Below, in pieces: positions 1-11,503 of a stretch of DNA of 64,000 nucleotides. The position numbers were made by a program, and so were the translations under genes. How positions within the stretch are numbered: the stretch's first letter is position 1; every line of letters begins with the position of its first letter. The notes under the pieces are model-generated. The model was not told the DNA's origin. It was given only the letters and a program-made list of their open reading frames with translations, and ran no database searches. The stretch comes from Felis catus (lineage: Eukaryota), in assembly GCF_018350175.1 (NCBI RefSeq), contig NC_058368.1, positions 28,646,001 to 28,710,000 of the forward strand, written 5' to 3'.

Positions 1-88
1 TACCTATTTAGGCATATAGTTCCAGGTGGTATGTAACTGTCACCATAGTCAAGACATGGAAACATCAGCAGGTGATAATCCTAGCATC

Positions 89-267
89 TGAGAGACAGAG
101 AGAGAGAGAGAGAGAGGCAGAGAGAAAGGGAGGGAGAGAATCCCAAGCAGGCTCCTCACTGTCAGTGTGGAGCCCTGTGCAGGGCTCGACCTCACCAACT
201 GTGAGATCATGACCTGAGCCGAAATCTAGAGTCTGACACTTAATCAACTGAGCCACCCAGGTGCCCC
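89..267 (-). mobile_element. CanSINE (SINEC)
   Basis: Reverse tRNA-derived head (gagccacccaggtgcccc) and (GA)n. Confidence 0.88.
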
Positions 268-283
268 AGCCCCAAAGAGGTTT

Positions 284-490
284 TTTTTTTTTTTTAATGT
301 TTATTTATTTTTGAGAGATAGAGAGACAGAGTGCAAGTAGGGGAGGAACAGAGAGAGAGGGAGACAGAGAATCTGAAGCAGGCTCCAGGCTCTGAGCTGT
401 GAGCACAGAGCCTGATGTGGGGTTTGAACCCAGGAAACGTGACATCATGACCTGAGCTGAAGTCTGACGCTGAGCCAACCCAGGCGCCCC
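284..490 (-). mobile_element. Felid CanSINE
   Basis: Poly(T) tail and SINE head; TSD CCCCAAAGAGGTTT on both sides. Confidence 0.92.
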
Positions 491-494
491 ACCC

Positions 495-1330
495 CAAAGA
501 GGTTTCTAAGCAGAACACTACAGTATCCACTACAGTCCATTTTTTATGCCCCTCATATCCATATGCATTTTAATGGCAAGTTCCCTTGGTCTGTAAACAG
601 CCTACCCAGGATTCTGGTAGGTCTTGTTTCCTGTGGAACTTAACAAAAAAAGGCCAGTGGGAAGAACAAAAGCCTCTACTACCACAGTTGATCTGGAGAC
701 GGTACTAATACTTGATACCCACCTCTTCCTTTGCCCATTCCCCTTAACCTCAGCCAGGAGCTATGCCAGTCTAGGTGGCTTGCCTACTACAATGACCCAG
801 ACTCTCATTCTTGAGGGGTCTGAGCTCCTGTTACCATGATCCTGCAGCTTCTGTATCTGTGAATTTGTTATTAAAATGGGGCAACTGATGCTTTGATTTC
901 TGTGTTTCCCTCTCTTTCTGCCCCTCCCCAACTCATACTCTGTCTTTCTCTCAAAAACAAAGCATTAAAAACATTTTTTTTAACATTTGTTTATTTTTGA
1001 GACAGAGAGAGACAGAGCACGAACAGGGGAGGGTCAGAGAGAGGGAGACACAGAATCTGAAACAGGCTCCAGGCTCTGAGCTGTCAGCACAGAGCCCGAC
1101 GCGGGGCTCAAGCTCACGGACCACGAAATCATGACCTGAGCCAAAGTCGGCTGCTTAACCGACTGAGACACCCAGGCGCCCCAAAAACTTTTTAAAAAAG
1201 TGGGGCAACTGAGAACCAAGAGATGCTTCACATGGATTACTTGAGCACCAAGCATATTCTACCCTGCCCTCCACTGTGTAGCAACAACTCATAACCACCC
1301 CTGCAGCTCAACATCAACTACCCACCCACC
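495..1330 (-). mobile_element. Degenerate ERVL/MaLR internal-region fragment interrupted by SINEs
   Basis: Reverse strand ...cagacccctcaagaatgagagtctgggtc...ctggctgaggttaaggggaatggg resembles the 3' end of ERVL internal sequence. Confidence 0.45.
889..1195. mobile_element. 5'-truncated + strand SINE with a - strand SINE (976-1182) in its tail
   Basis: Outer duplication TGGGGCAACTGA at 877-888 and 1201-1212; inner complete reverse SINE. Confidence 0.85.
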
Positions 1331-1809
1331 TTGCTATAGCAGGGAGGGGATTTCAACAGAAGCTATTACAATATTCCTTAAATCAATGGAGCCTTAAGAG
1401 ACTGTGATGTGCCTTGAAGATGGTATAATGTATAACTTGTTTATTGGGATAAAATAATTTCTGTGGAAAGGAAATAATTTGGCAAAATATTTCTGAGCTT
1501 CTCTGTCCTGATACTCCAAGCCTTTTCCATTCAGAAACCAAAACTCTTCATTGATTCTGAATCCTTGTCTAGCAACTTCCCACCCCTTACTTTTTTTTTT
1601 ACAGCCAAAATCTTCAAAAGATGTCTCTGCCAGCATTTTCCAAAGCATCCAAGCAATACTAGTTCCATGGTATTAAAAAGCAATTTTAGGGTAAATGTAT
1701 TTGGAAATTTTAATTATCACTAATAGCTAAGATTCGCTGATGGCTTGCTACAAAGTAGGCACTATGCTAAGAGATTTCAGAGTATTAGCTCATTTACTTT
1801 ATTCAGGCA

Positions 1810-2146
1810 TTCATTCATTCAACAAATATTTACTGAATTCATACTATGTGCCAGTCATTGTAATAGATGTTGGGAATATAATAAAATACAACAACCACAA
1901 AACACATAGTTGTTACCCCCACAGGGCTCACACTTTAGTGGGAAGACAGGTATTAATCAAAGAATCACAAATAAATGTAAAATTGCAGTGTTATTGAATG
2001 CTATAAAAGAGAGATACATGGTAGTATAAAAGAATATCATCAGGAAACTGACTTTGTCCAAAAAATTATGGAAAACTTCCCCAAGAAATTGAAATTGGGT
2101 TGGGGTTTGAATATTGAATATACATATACATATGTATATATGTATG

Positions 2147-2201
<55 letters not shown>

Positions 2202-2535
2202 ATAAAGATGTGGAGAAGAGATGAGAGAGTGACAAGATTGGGGAGAGAAAACTCTAGGAGGTTCCTGCAGCAAACAGAAAAGGGAGCATTGAGGTCTGAA
2301 CCAGTGCAATGACAGAGGGACTGAGGAGAGGGAAGAACAGATGGCTAGGAGAGAGGTAAATTCAACAGGATTTGCTTATCATTTGGATGTAAGAGGTAAA
2401 GGTATAAAAAGGTTTAAGGGGTACCTAAGGCTTCTAATTTGGTTTGAAGGTTAAAACAGGTTACTATTGACTAAGATAGGGACATAGGAGAAGCAGGTTT
2501 TGAGAGAGATGGGATGAGTTCGGTTTTGAGTCTAA
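1810..2535 (-). mobile_element. L2 fragments split by a microsatellite
   Basis: cattcattcattcaacaaatatttactga...tactatgtgccag is the L2 3' end signature. Confidence 0.7.
2117..2203. repeat. (TATATG)n microsatellite
   Basis: Direct reading; source of the HIHIHI/YIYIYI pseudo-ORFs. Confidence 0.95.
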
Positions 2536-2574
2536 AATACCTGTGAGCCCTTTAGATTAAGATTATTCCATTTA

Positions 2575-2775
2575 GACACTATTGGCATTTTACGCCAGAT
2601 CATTCTTTTTTGTAAGATCTTGTCCTGTTCACTGTGGGATGTTTAGCAGCATCCCTAGCCTGGGACCCACTAGATGCCAGGACCACTCTATCCCTGGTCC
2701 TGAAAATCAAAAATGCCTCCAGACATCATCAAGTGTTTCTTGGGGGACAAAATCTGTGTTGAAAGTCATTGGTTC
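2575..2775. mobile_element. MER20 hAT-Charlie MITE
   Basis: ggatgtttagcagcatccct...cccactagatgccag...aaaaatgcctccagacat...gggggacaaaatc. Confidence 0.8.
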
Positions 2776-4788
2776 AGATGGAGGCTGTTCCCAGGGTTTC
2801 AACTGCCTTGCATATACTAACATACTCATATTTACATCTCAGCCCACACCTTCTTCTGAGCTCTGGACTCAGACAATAAACAGCTTACTAGACATTTCCA
2901 GATTGACTGGACAGGATGAGGGCCCAATTCAGTGCAGGATGATATTTACATCCCATCTGCACAAAGTCCACTCAGAACCCCATTCAAGGTGCCAGTTCTT
3001 TAAAATGCATAAGAGGCATAAACTTGTCAAATTCTTGTCTGTAGAGAGAAACAGACAGAAATAGAGGAAAATGAGAAAGGAAAAAAAATTTTTGGAGCTC
3101 TCTTTTTTCCTGGGAGTAATGGCCCCTTAGTAGCTAAATAGGTGGATCTTCCAGGACCTTAGGGAAATCTATGAATTCAGAAACAGACTGTTCAATTGGT
3201 GAGATAATAGGGTTGTCCTAAATTCATGGATTCAAATGTGTCAAGGAGAATTCTTTCTACGTGGGAATAGACCTGATTCTTTCCCTCCATTTTATTAGCT
3301 TCTCCAATAATACAATGAATATATATTTCTTGTAGAAACATTTTAAAACATAAAAAGGATAAAAAATTTACAATTATTCATGAATTGACCATTCAGGTGT
3401 ATTCTAGATTTCATATCCTCATTATACATTTTTAAAAATTGGAATCATGTTGGACATATGGTTTTGCTCTCCAGCATTTTAAACATTATATTGCGAAGAT
3501 TCTATGATCATATCATAGATATTCCTATTGAGCAATTAGCTTTCAAGATTTTAAAATTATAAATAATATCGCACAAAACATTCTTAGGCCAAATCTCTGA
3601 TAACATCCCTGTATACTTCCTCAAGCCAGAGCCCTAGAGGAGTATAAAATGTTTCTAGGTTCCTAATCCATGCTGTCATATTGCAACCCAGAATAACTGT
3701 GCCACTTTATGCACCTTCCAGTAATGTGTAAGATGAGCCTCTTACCCCATTGTCATGTTTATCATCAAGGCTTAAAAAAAGATCTTTGCCAGTCTGATAT
3801 GCATAATCATTTTTTTCCACCTTAAATTAGGCAATAAGATTTGTGTTATTCGTTGTTTCCTAAGGGGTACAGCACTCATTGTTAAAGCAGGCTCATCTGC
3901 TGCTGGAGAGCCCCGGCCAGGTCACTGTGAGAAGGGCAGCGAGGTGAATTTGCACCCCCAAACTCCTTTAAGAACAGGTGCCTCATCCAACCTCACCTGT
4001 CTTGGGGGCATCCAGCATCTTTATGCTTTTTTCCTCTATCAGATTTTGCTCTCAAAAGGAATTCATCAATGTTGGGGAAGGCAAAATGTCTTAACCATTG
4101 ATGGGTATTTGAACTTCAGTTTTATTTCTTTTACTTACAAACACAATGATATATTTCTTCTGTCCATATGGGGTCCTACGAGCCTTGGAGGGCTTAAGAC
4201 AAGATCCCTGTTCCTGGAAGACTGAACTGGTCCTGAGAGAGTGAGATCAATGCCTGTAGGTTAAGTAGCTATTCCTGAAACTGTCGCCAGTGTCTGAGAA
4301 GAGGGAAGGGAGTGAATACGTCTGCCTCCCGTGGCTGGCAGACCCGTAGACGGAAGCACTAGCTTATTTCATTGACTTGCTCCTTGGGTTTGGGATTGTG
4401 GGGATGGTGGTGTGAGAGATTCCTTCTTCTCTTCCACCTTCTCTCACTTCGCTCCCTTCCTTCCTTTTTCAAATTACAAAAACAACACTCTTGTTTGAAC
4501 CTGCATTTGTTACAACAAGCATGTGTTGTTTTTGTAATTTAAAGTAATATCAAGGGAAATAGCAAAAGTTTTTCTATTATCCCTTCATCTATGCCTCTGA
4601 GGCATTTATGTTAACAGACTGGTATGTGACTCTGCACACCTCTCCCTGCTCTTACAAAACATGTACCAACATGAGCATGGGTACGTGCTTTTCCTTTTAC
4701 TATTATGCCTATTGTTATTATTACGATTATGCCCATTACTCTGCAGCTTGCTTTGTTTACTTAACTCAGTAAGTAAACCGTGCTGACT

Positions 4789-4906
4789 GCTCAGAGCCTG
4801 CTTCAGATTCTGTGTCTCCCTCTCTCTCTGCTCCTCCCCTGTTCATGCTCTGTCTCAAAAATAAATAAACGTTAAAAAATAAAAAATAAAATAAAATAAA
4901 AAAAAG
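4789..4906 (+). mobile_element. 5'-truncated CanSINE
   Basis: gagcctgcttcagattctgtgtctccctctc...(AAAAT)n tail. Confidence 0.85.
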
Positions 4907-5589
4907 ACTCCTACCAACATCTGGAGCAGGACACTGTCCAGAGCGGGCAGAAGGTGCCTTTGCACCCCCAGCAGGCACTGGCCCAACTCCCTAGCATGTA
5001 AGAGGAGGGCAGGAGAGGTGAGAGGAAATGGGAGCTTCGGCACTGTCCACGGCTCAAGGGGAGAGAAGACAGTGTTCTCTACGTACTACCCCTCCCACCT
5101 CCACAGCCAAGAGAAGAGGGAAGGGTCCAAAGGAAGGACAGTGACTGGAGCTGGCAGCGACACAGTCATTTCCTCATGACTTTACTCAGTGAGGGTGCTG
5201 GGGTTTCCTGTGAGTCAGGGACATTGTTGCATGCAGCTGAGTGAGAGCCATATGGCTGTTCCACCCCAGAGGGCAACCCCAGCTGCAAAGGCTGTGGAAT
5301 GTGCCACGCGGCAGGAGCTCAGCTGGCAAGGGCTGGATGGTCTCCTTGGGACAACATGTGGCAGAGAGGGGCCTCTGAAGGAGCTGGGCCTGCGGCACTT
5401 TAAGTGCCTGCATTTGGACAACAGCTACGCAGGGCAGTGATGACCACAATTTAGCTAGAACCACTGATAAGCAACAAGGAGAGAAGATGATAATTGTACC
5501 AGGTAAATAAAAAGACCTTTGTTCTTTGCCCTAGATGTCTTCTCTGTCTGGGAAGCACAGAGCAATAGCTCCTATCTGGAGTAGTAGTA

Positions 5590-5900
5590 CCTTACAAGGT
5601 GCAGCTTGGAAATTTGTGGAGGTGGTTTTTGGAGTTTCCACAATGACAAGGAACAATTCCTGGCCCCGTTGTCAGAGACTAAGGATGCTAGATGATCTGT
5701 CGTGCACAGATGCTATCCGACTATAAAACTTGTCCTACACAATTATCCAGTGTTTGGCTCATTCATGTCAGAAACCTACACAGAATTATCTGAGCCTAGG
5801 ACCTAACTATGCTTTAAATAGAAATATTTTTATAATTTCATTTGAACGTTTATGTAACTGTAGAAATATTAAATACAAAACCAAAGGTTATTTGCAATGT
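5590..5900. mobile_element. MER20B-like hAT fragment
   Basis: ttggaaatttgtggaggtggtttttgg...cacaatgac...ggatgctaga. Confidence 0.5.
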
Positions 5901-6744
5901 CCTAATATATGCCGAATTTTCTCATGCAGTGATTATGGGTTGTGATTTAGTGTGACCCTTCTCTGAAAATCCTGAACTTTTAGCTAGGGTACATGAAGCA
6001 CACTGTAGCATTTCTGCTATAATTACAGTATCTCATGGGTGTGGTAAAAGGGTCTTTAAAAACAGGGTAGACACTGAATAGGCTCATGTGGTTGAGTTGG
6101 TGTTTTGGGTCCCTGATCATTTTTCCTTTGTGCTCTAACTGTACACACTAGAGAGAAGGAAAGGGGATTATTATCTGTTGAGAACCTGAAGCGTGCCAAG
6201 ATGATGCTGGATAACTAACCTGGAGTCCTTGGGTCACTAGCTCTCTACTTTATCGATGAGGAAGCAAAGGCTTTAATGAAGAGTAAAGAGCCTTTTTCCT
6301 TATTCCCCCTGTTCACTCACAGTTGAACTTTAAATGTTTTTGTTTCTCTTTTATGCAAAGTAATCACCTTTTTTCAAAGTGACATCCTTCTTCTTTTGTG
6401 GCTGCCCATGTTCCCAAACACTGGTTTCCTTTGGGCGACAACCTTAAGTTAGCTTTGGCTCTTCTTTCTCTTTTGATTTTCACAGATAATTAGCCACCTG
6501 GTAATTTCTCTTCCACAGTGGTTCTTGAATTTAACGTTTTCTTCATGACAGTCAAGCCCCTAGCTATTTCATGTTTATATATGGGTAAGTTATTTATCCC
6601 CTCTAAGCCTCTGTTTTCCCATTTGTAAAACAGAAATAACAGTGAGTGAAACTAAATAAGCACTCAATAAAGGTCACTCAGGAAGCGAATAAGAAAGACA
6701 GGATTTACAACTAGAATGGAGCCTCCCTCTCCTCCTCTTCCTTT

Positions 6745-7380
6745 GTAGCCCCTGAAGGGGCTCTCTTCTGACATCAACTGGTGTACTACAATCGAATTCT
6801 GACACCAACCACCGGGAGTTAGCCCAGACCCCACAAGCTGAAGGATACAGTCCACAGCACGACCATCCTCACCTCACATCAACTACCTACAAATCTGGAG
6901 GATTTGCATGACCCCTCCGAGGTATGATAATTTGCTAGAATGATTCATAGATCTCAGGAAAGTGCTGCATTTAAGATTAGGGTTTTATTCTAAAGGATAC
7001 AAATCAGGAACAGCCAAATAAAGAGACGTAGAGTGAGGTCTAGGAGGATCCCGAGCAAATGGATTTCATGCCCTCTCCCTATGGTACCAGGATGTATCAA
7101 CCTCGCAGCTCATCAATGTATTCACCAACCAGGAAGCTCCCTGTCCAGAGTTTTGGCCATGTGACTTGGTGATCAGTTTTTATAGGAGCTTTGACTCCAT
7201 AATTAAACTCAATCTCTAGCCTCCCTGCCGCCCCAGAGGTCAGGAAGTTGGACTGCTATCATGTGGCTCAAAGACACAACCCTCCAATCATACCATTGGT
7301 CTTTCCAGCATGGCCAGCCACCATCAGGTTATTGAGGGGCTAGTGAGTCTCCTCATTAGCATAATTCAGATGCAATTGGA
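6745..7380. mobile_element. MER21-like ERVL LTR
   Basis: tctgacaccaaccacc...gaccccacaag...gataatttgctagaatga...ctcaggaaagtgct...aaatcagga...ttcaccaaccaggaagctc. Confidence 0.7.
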
Positions 7381-7384
7381 GGGT

Positions 7385-7787
7385 GAGTTTAACATTTGAA
7401 TCAGCAGAGTGAGTAAAGTCACTTGTCCTCCCTGATATGAATGTCCAGTCAGTTGGAGGCCTAAGTAGAATTAAAATGTTGACCCTAAACTCTGAATGCC
7501 TGATTCTTTGAGCTGGGACATCAGTCTTCTCCTGCCTTTGAACTCAAAGAGAAACATCAGCGCTTCTTGGGTTGTGAGCCTGCCAGCTTTTAGACTGGAA
7601 CTACATCATCAGCTCTCCTGGATCTACAGCTTGCTAACTGCAGATCTTGGGACTTCTTGGCCTCCATAATGGTATGAGCCAATTCCTTATAATAAATCTC
7701 TTTGTATCTAAATCTAAACCTGTATCTATACCTATGTGTATGTCTATATATTCTGTTAGATCTGTTTCTCTGGAGAGCCTTAATACA
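7385..7787 (+). mobile_element. MLT2-type ERVL LTR (3' part)
   Basis: gagctgggacatcagtcttctcctgcc...gcagatcttgggacttc...gagccaattccttataataaatctc...gtttctctggagagccttaataca. Confidence 0.8.
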
Positions 7788-7789
7788 TA

Positions 7790-8065
7790 TGAGGTACCTA
7801 GAGTAGTCACATTCATAGAGACAGAAGGTAGGATGGTGGTTGGCAGAGGCTGGGAACAGGGAGAATGGGGAGTCATTGTCTAATGGGTGCAGACTATCAG
7901 TTTTGCAAGATGAAAAGACTTCTGGGGATGGATGGTGGTGATGGTCACAGAACAATGTGAATGTACTTAATGCTACTGAACTATATATTAAAACATAATT
8001 AAGATGGTAAGTTTTATGTTATGTGCATTTTGCCACAATTTTTAAAAAATTTAAAAATGTTAAAA
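7790..8065 (+). mobile_element. Old L1MB-type 3' end
   Basis: tatgaggtacctagagtagtc...atggtggtgatggt...aatgtgaatgtacttaatgc...ttttatgttatgtg followed by an A-rich tail. Confidence 0.8.
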
Positions 8066-8274
8066 AAAACCAACTAATAGTTTTAACTATTAAACATACC
8101 AAAGTTAGCCGTGATGACAACCAAATGTAGCAGTGTGACTGTCTTTGTATTATTTACCAACCTCATTATCCATGGTTTGTGTTATGAAATCTGGTATTGG
8201 TGGGTGTAATGGCAGTTTTATCAGCCTTTGCTAATTTCTTGAGATTTGTTAAGAATGTAGAAAAAAAGAACATT

Positions 8275-8680
8275 TTCATTTATTCAAAAAAATATTTAAT
8301 GAGCACTTAATCTGCCAGGTCATGTGCTAGCCACTTGGGAGAAAATGCTCAGCCAGACAGCCTCCTGCAGTTTAGGGCCCAGTGAAGAACAGAGACAATG
8401 AAGGGCATACAGCACTTACAGGTTGTGTTAAGGGCAATGGGATATAAAATAAGGAAGGAGGTCTCCCTTGACAGGGAATAGGGAAGCTTCTCTGAGAAAC
8501 AGCACTTTAAGCTGGGACCTGAGACAGAAAGAAAAGCCTGTAGAAGTATGGGGGAAGAGAATTCTGGGAGGAGGGAATAGTGATAGTAAAAGCTCAGTAA
8601 TCACTGAACTACTGAAGAAAGTGGTACTTGTATATGTAGTTGCATACCTTGAATGGTGCTGAACGAGGGGGACTTCCATA
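8275..8680 (-). mobile_element. L2 fragment
   Basis: ttcatttattcaaaaaaatatttaatgagcactt...tgccagg signature. Confidence 0.65.
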
Positions 8681-8932
8681 AGGTTAGGAAAAATAAAATA
8701 AGAGATATGATGTTTTCAGCTATAAGATATGAGGCTAATAATATTCTGTGGTAACTAGATTCTTTGGAAGAAATTTAAAAATAAATCGTGTACAAAAGAA
8801 AAAAAATCTAAAATAAAGAGAATAGTTCTTGAAAATATGGACACATGTTGATTTTTATCAATTAATTATATACACCATGGATTGACAATTTTAAAGGAAT
8901 CTTACAGATAATACTTTTATTTCTAAAAAACA

Positions 8933-9360
8933 TTTTTTAATGTTTATTTTTGAGAGGGAGAGACAGAGAGAGACAGGGCATGAGCAGAGGAGGGGCAAAG
9001 AGAGGGAGACACAGAATCTGAAGCAGGATCCAGGCTCTAAGCTGTCAGCACAGAATCCGATGCAGGCTCAAACTCATGAGCTGTGAGATCATGACCTGAG
9101 TCGAAGTTGGAGGCTTAACTGACTGAGCCACCCAAGTGGCCCTATCCTTTTATTTATTTATTTATTTTAAGTTTTTAAATTTATTTTGAGAGAGCCAAAG
9201 ACAGTGCAAGTGAGGGAGGGGCAGAGAGAGAATCCCAAGCAGGCTCTGCATTGTCAGTGCAGAGCCTCATGCAGGGCTCGAACCTATGAAGCCATGAGAT
9301 CATGACTTGAGCCAAAACCAACAATTGGATACTTAACCAACTGAGCCACACAGGTGCCCC
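8933..9360 (-). mobile_element. Two tandem CanSINEs
   Basis: Two reverse heads ending ~9143 and ~9360, each with a T-rich tail. Confidence 0.88.
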
Positions 9361-11503
9361 TATATAATCATTTAAAATAGTGAAAATTGGTCTCTAATTT
9401 AATTTCTTGATAAGCTCATATATGGTGAAATGAATTTATGATTGTGGTTCTCAGACCAAACACAATGTTAGAACAATTGATGTAACAGCTATTAAATCAG
9501 AATCAAAGGGTAGTTCTGGGAAATTGGGTTTGTAGAATGCTGGACAGTGTGGAGCAGGGACACTTGGGCTCACTCTGTTCTCCCTGCTGGCCTTTGCTAA
9601 TGCAGGAATGAAGTCAAGGATCAAAAAAGCTTGACATAAGTATTTCCTTTAGCTTGAAATATATAGATTGATAACATTTTTCCTGAATAGGCCTTGAACG
9701 TAATGAGAATTATGGTGCTACAGGAACTGAGCTTTCCACACTTGGCAACACCCTACCTCGAATGAGCAGTTGTGCTGGAAGGATGTGCCCCCATTAGGGA
9801 TTTTGGGGGCCAAAGGAAATACACATGTATGGCCATCTTGCTTCCACCAAGATCTTTTTCCTTTGTTAATAAATTAGGAGCTTGATGTGACTTCCATTTA
9901 TAATCTACAGCCCACCATATTTTCCCATATAGAGAGAGGTACTGTCAAGTGGTTGATACTAAGGACAGCCACACCTCTTAGCCAAGCCACTCCTGCAAGG
10001 CTTCTGGGCTGGGAAGGGGTGGTGGGAGAGCTGGCATCAGTCAGAACTCTTGAAATCACAAGTAACAAAAGCTAAGTTAAAGTTACATTAAGTAAACATT
10101 TATTGGCTCATAGACGTCTAAAGGGGTGGTTCAGATTTGGCTGATTCAGAGTTCAAAGTATATTGCCAGGACACCTTGTTCTTTGTTTTAATCATTTGCT
10201 TTGCTTTTCTCTTGTCTCAGGCAGGCTCTCTGAATCACAGCAAAGATGGCCTCAGAAGTTCTTGAATTACAAGGGGGATGTAAGCACCTGTAATCTGAGT
10301 AAGTAAGAGTTTCTGTACCCATTGCCACCCCTGATGAAATTCTCTGACTGGTGCTGGGTCAAGCTCTATGAGCATGAGTCATATGCCCAACCCTCTGCCT
10401 GGTGAGGTAGGATAAGGTGCTTCACAGCCTTACCACGTCTGGAAGATGCAGATGCCCAAAGGAAAAGGGATTACTCTCATTAGAAAAAGTGGAAGGGGAG
10501 TTCTGGCAGGCAAATATAACAGACTATCTAGCAGAGAAAGAAACCAAGAAATTGTTCCTTTGGAGGAAAAGGGCCAGAAGACTGTTGTACCCTTTTATAT
10601 GCTTTTAAAAAATATATACATATATATAAAACAAAAGCTACTTATCATAGTAATCAAGACTTCTAGATCTCCCCTCCCCGTAATTTACATTTAATATCTA
10701 CTTAAAATTCTTTAAATTGTCAAGTTGCCTCATGTCCAAAGCTTGGTTACTCAAATTGTAAACATTTCCTGAAAACCTACTGGTGATCTGCTAGACACTT
10801 TGCATTTATTAGTGAATTGTCACAATACTCTATTAAGTATTATTAATATTTTATAGATAAAGATATTGAGGCTCAGACAGTAATTTTTCCAGTGTCACAC
10901 AACTAGAAATGAAGTGTAACCAGATTTGCCTGGTTCCAAAGCCTCTAGTTTTACTACTTCACATTCATTCCTTAGTTCAATGTATTTGTTGACAAAGATT
11001 TGAGGATTGAGCTAGATGATGTAGTGGAGGGAAAGAACTATGTAACTGTATCGACAACCTACTAAAAAAGTGTCAATATTCTTAATATGGAGAGCTCTTA
11101 AAATCAGAACAATATTTCAAAAAGTACATGAAGAAGAATTAGACCAGTCAGTAACAAAAGTGCAAATGACTTTTAAACGTATGTATAAGTGTTCATCCTC
11201 ACTGATGACCAAAGGCATAAACATTAAAATAACAGTTTCAGTTTGGGGGTACCAAATAGATAATGATCTTCTTTCTTTTCCTTTCCTCCCTCCCTCTTTC
11301 CTTCCTTCTTTTAATGGTGATATCCTGTGGAGGAAAGGGATCAGGGAAGCAGAGACCCTCATACAAACTGATGAGTAAATATTGGCACAATCCCTTTATC
11401 TTCCCCAAATCTAGTTTTTGTGATTGCTATGAGAAAACATCCAGTCCTGAAGCCCCCTCCCCATCAATCCATTTCCCACATGGTGTTCATCTTAACTCTT
11501 TTT

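Noticed and set aside
65..530. Recurrent short ORFs of the type GSGHDLTV.../AQVMIS... here and throughout the window
   Set aside because: Translations of CanSINEs; their tRNA-like heads are SINE parts, not tRNA genes.
1957..2309. HIHIHI/YIYIYI ORFs
   Set aside because: Translation of the (TATATG)n microsatellite.
2582..3064. 160-aa + strand ORF
   Set aside because: Starts at a non-ATG codon inside MER20 and has no recognisable domain or splice support.
4906..5470. GC-richer segment with several overlapping short ORFs and a weak CTCF-like motif
   Set aside because: No recognisable protein and the motif has several mismatches; a regulatory role cannot be supported from sequence alone.
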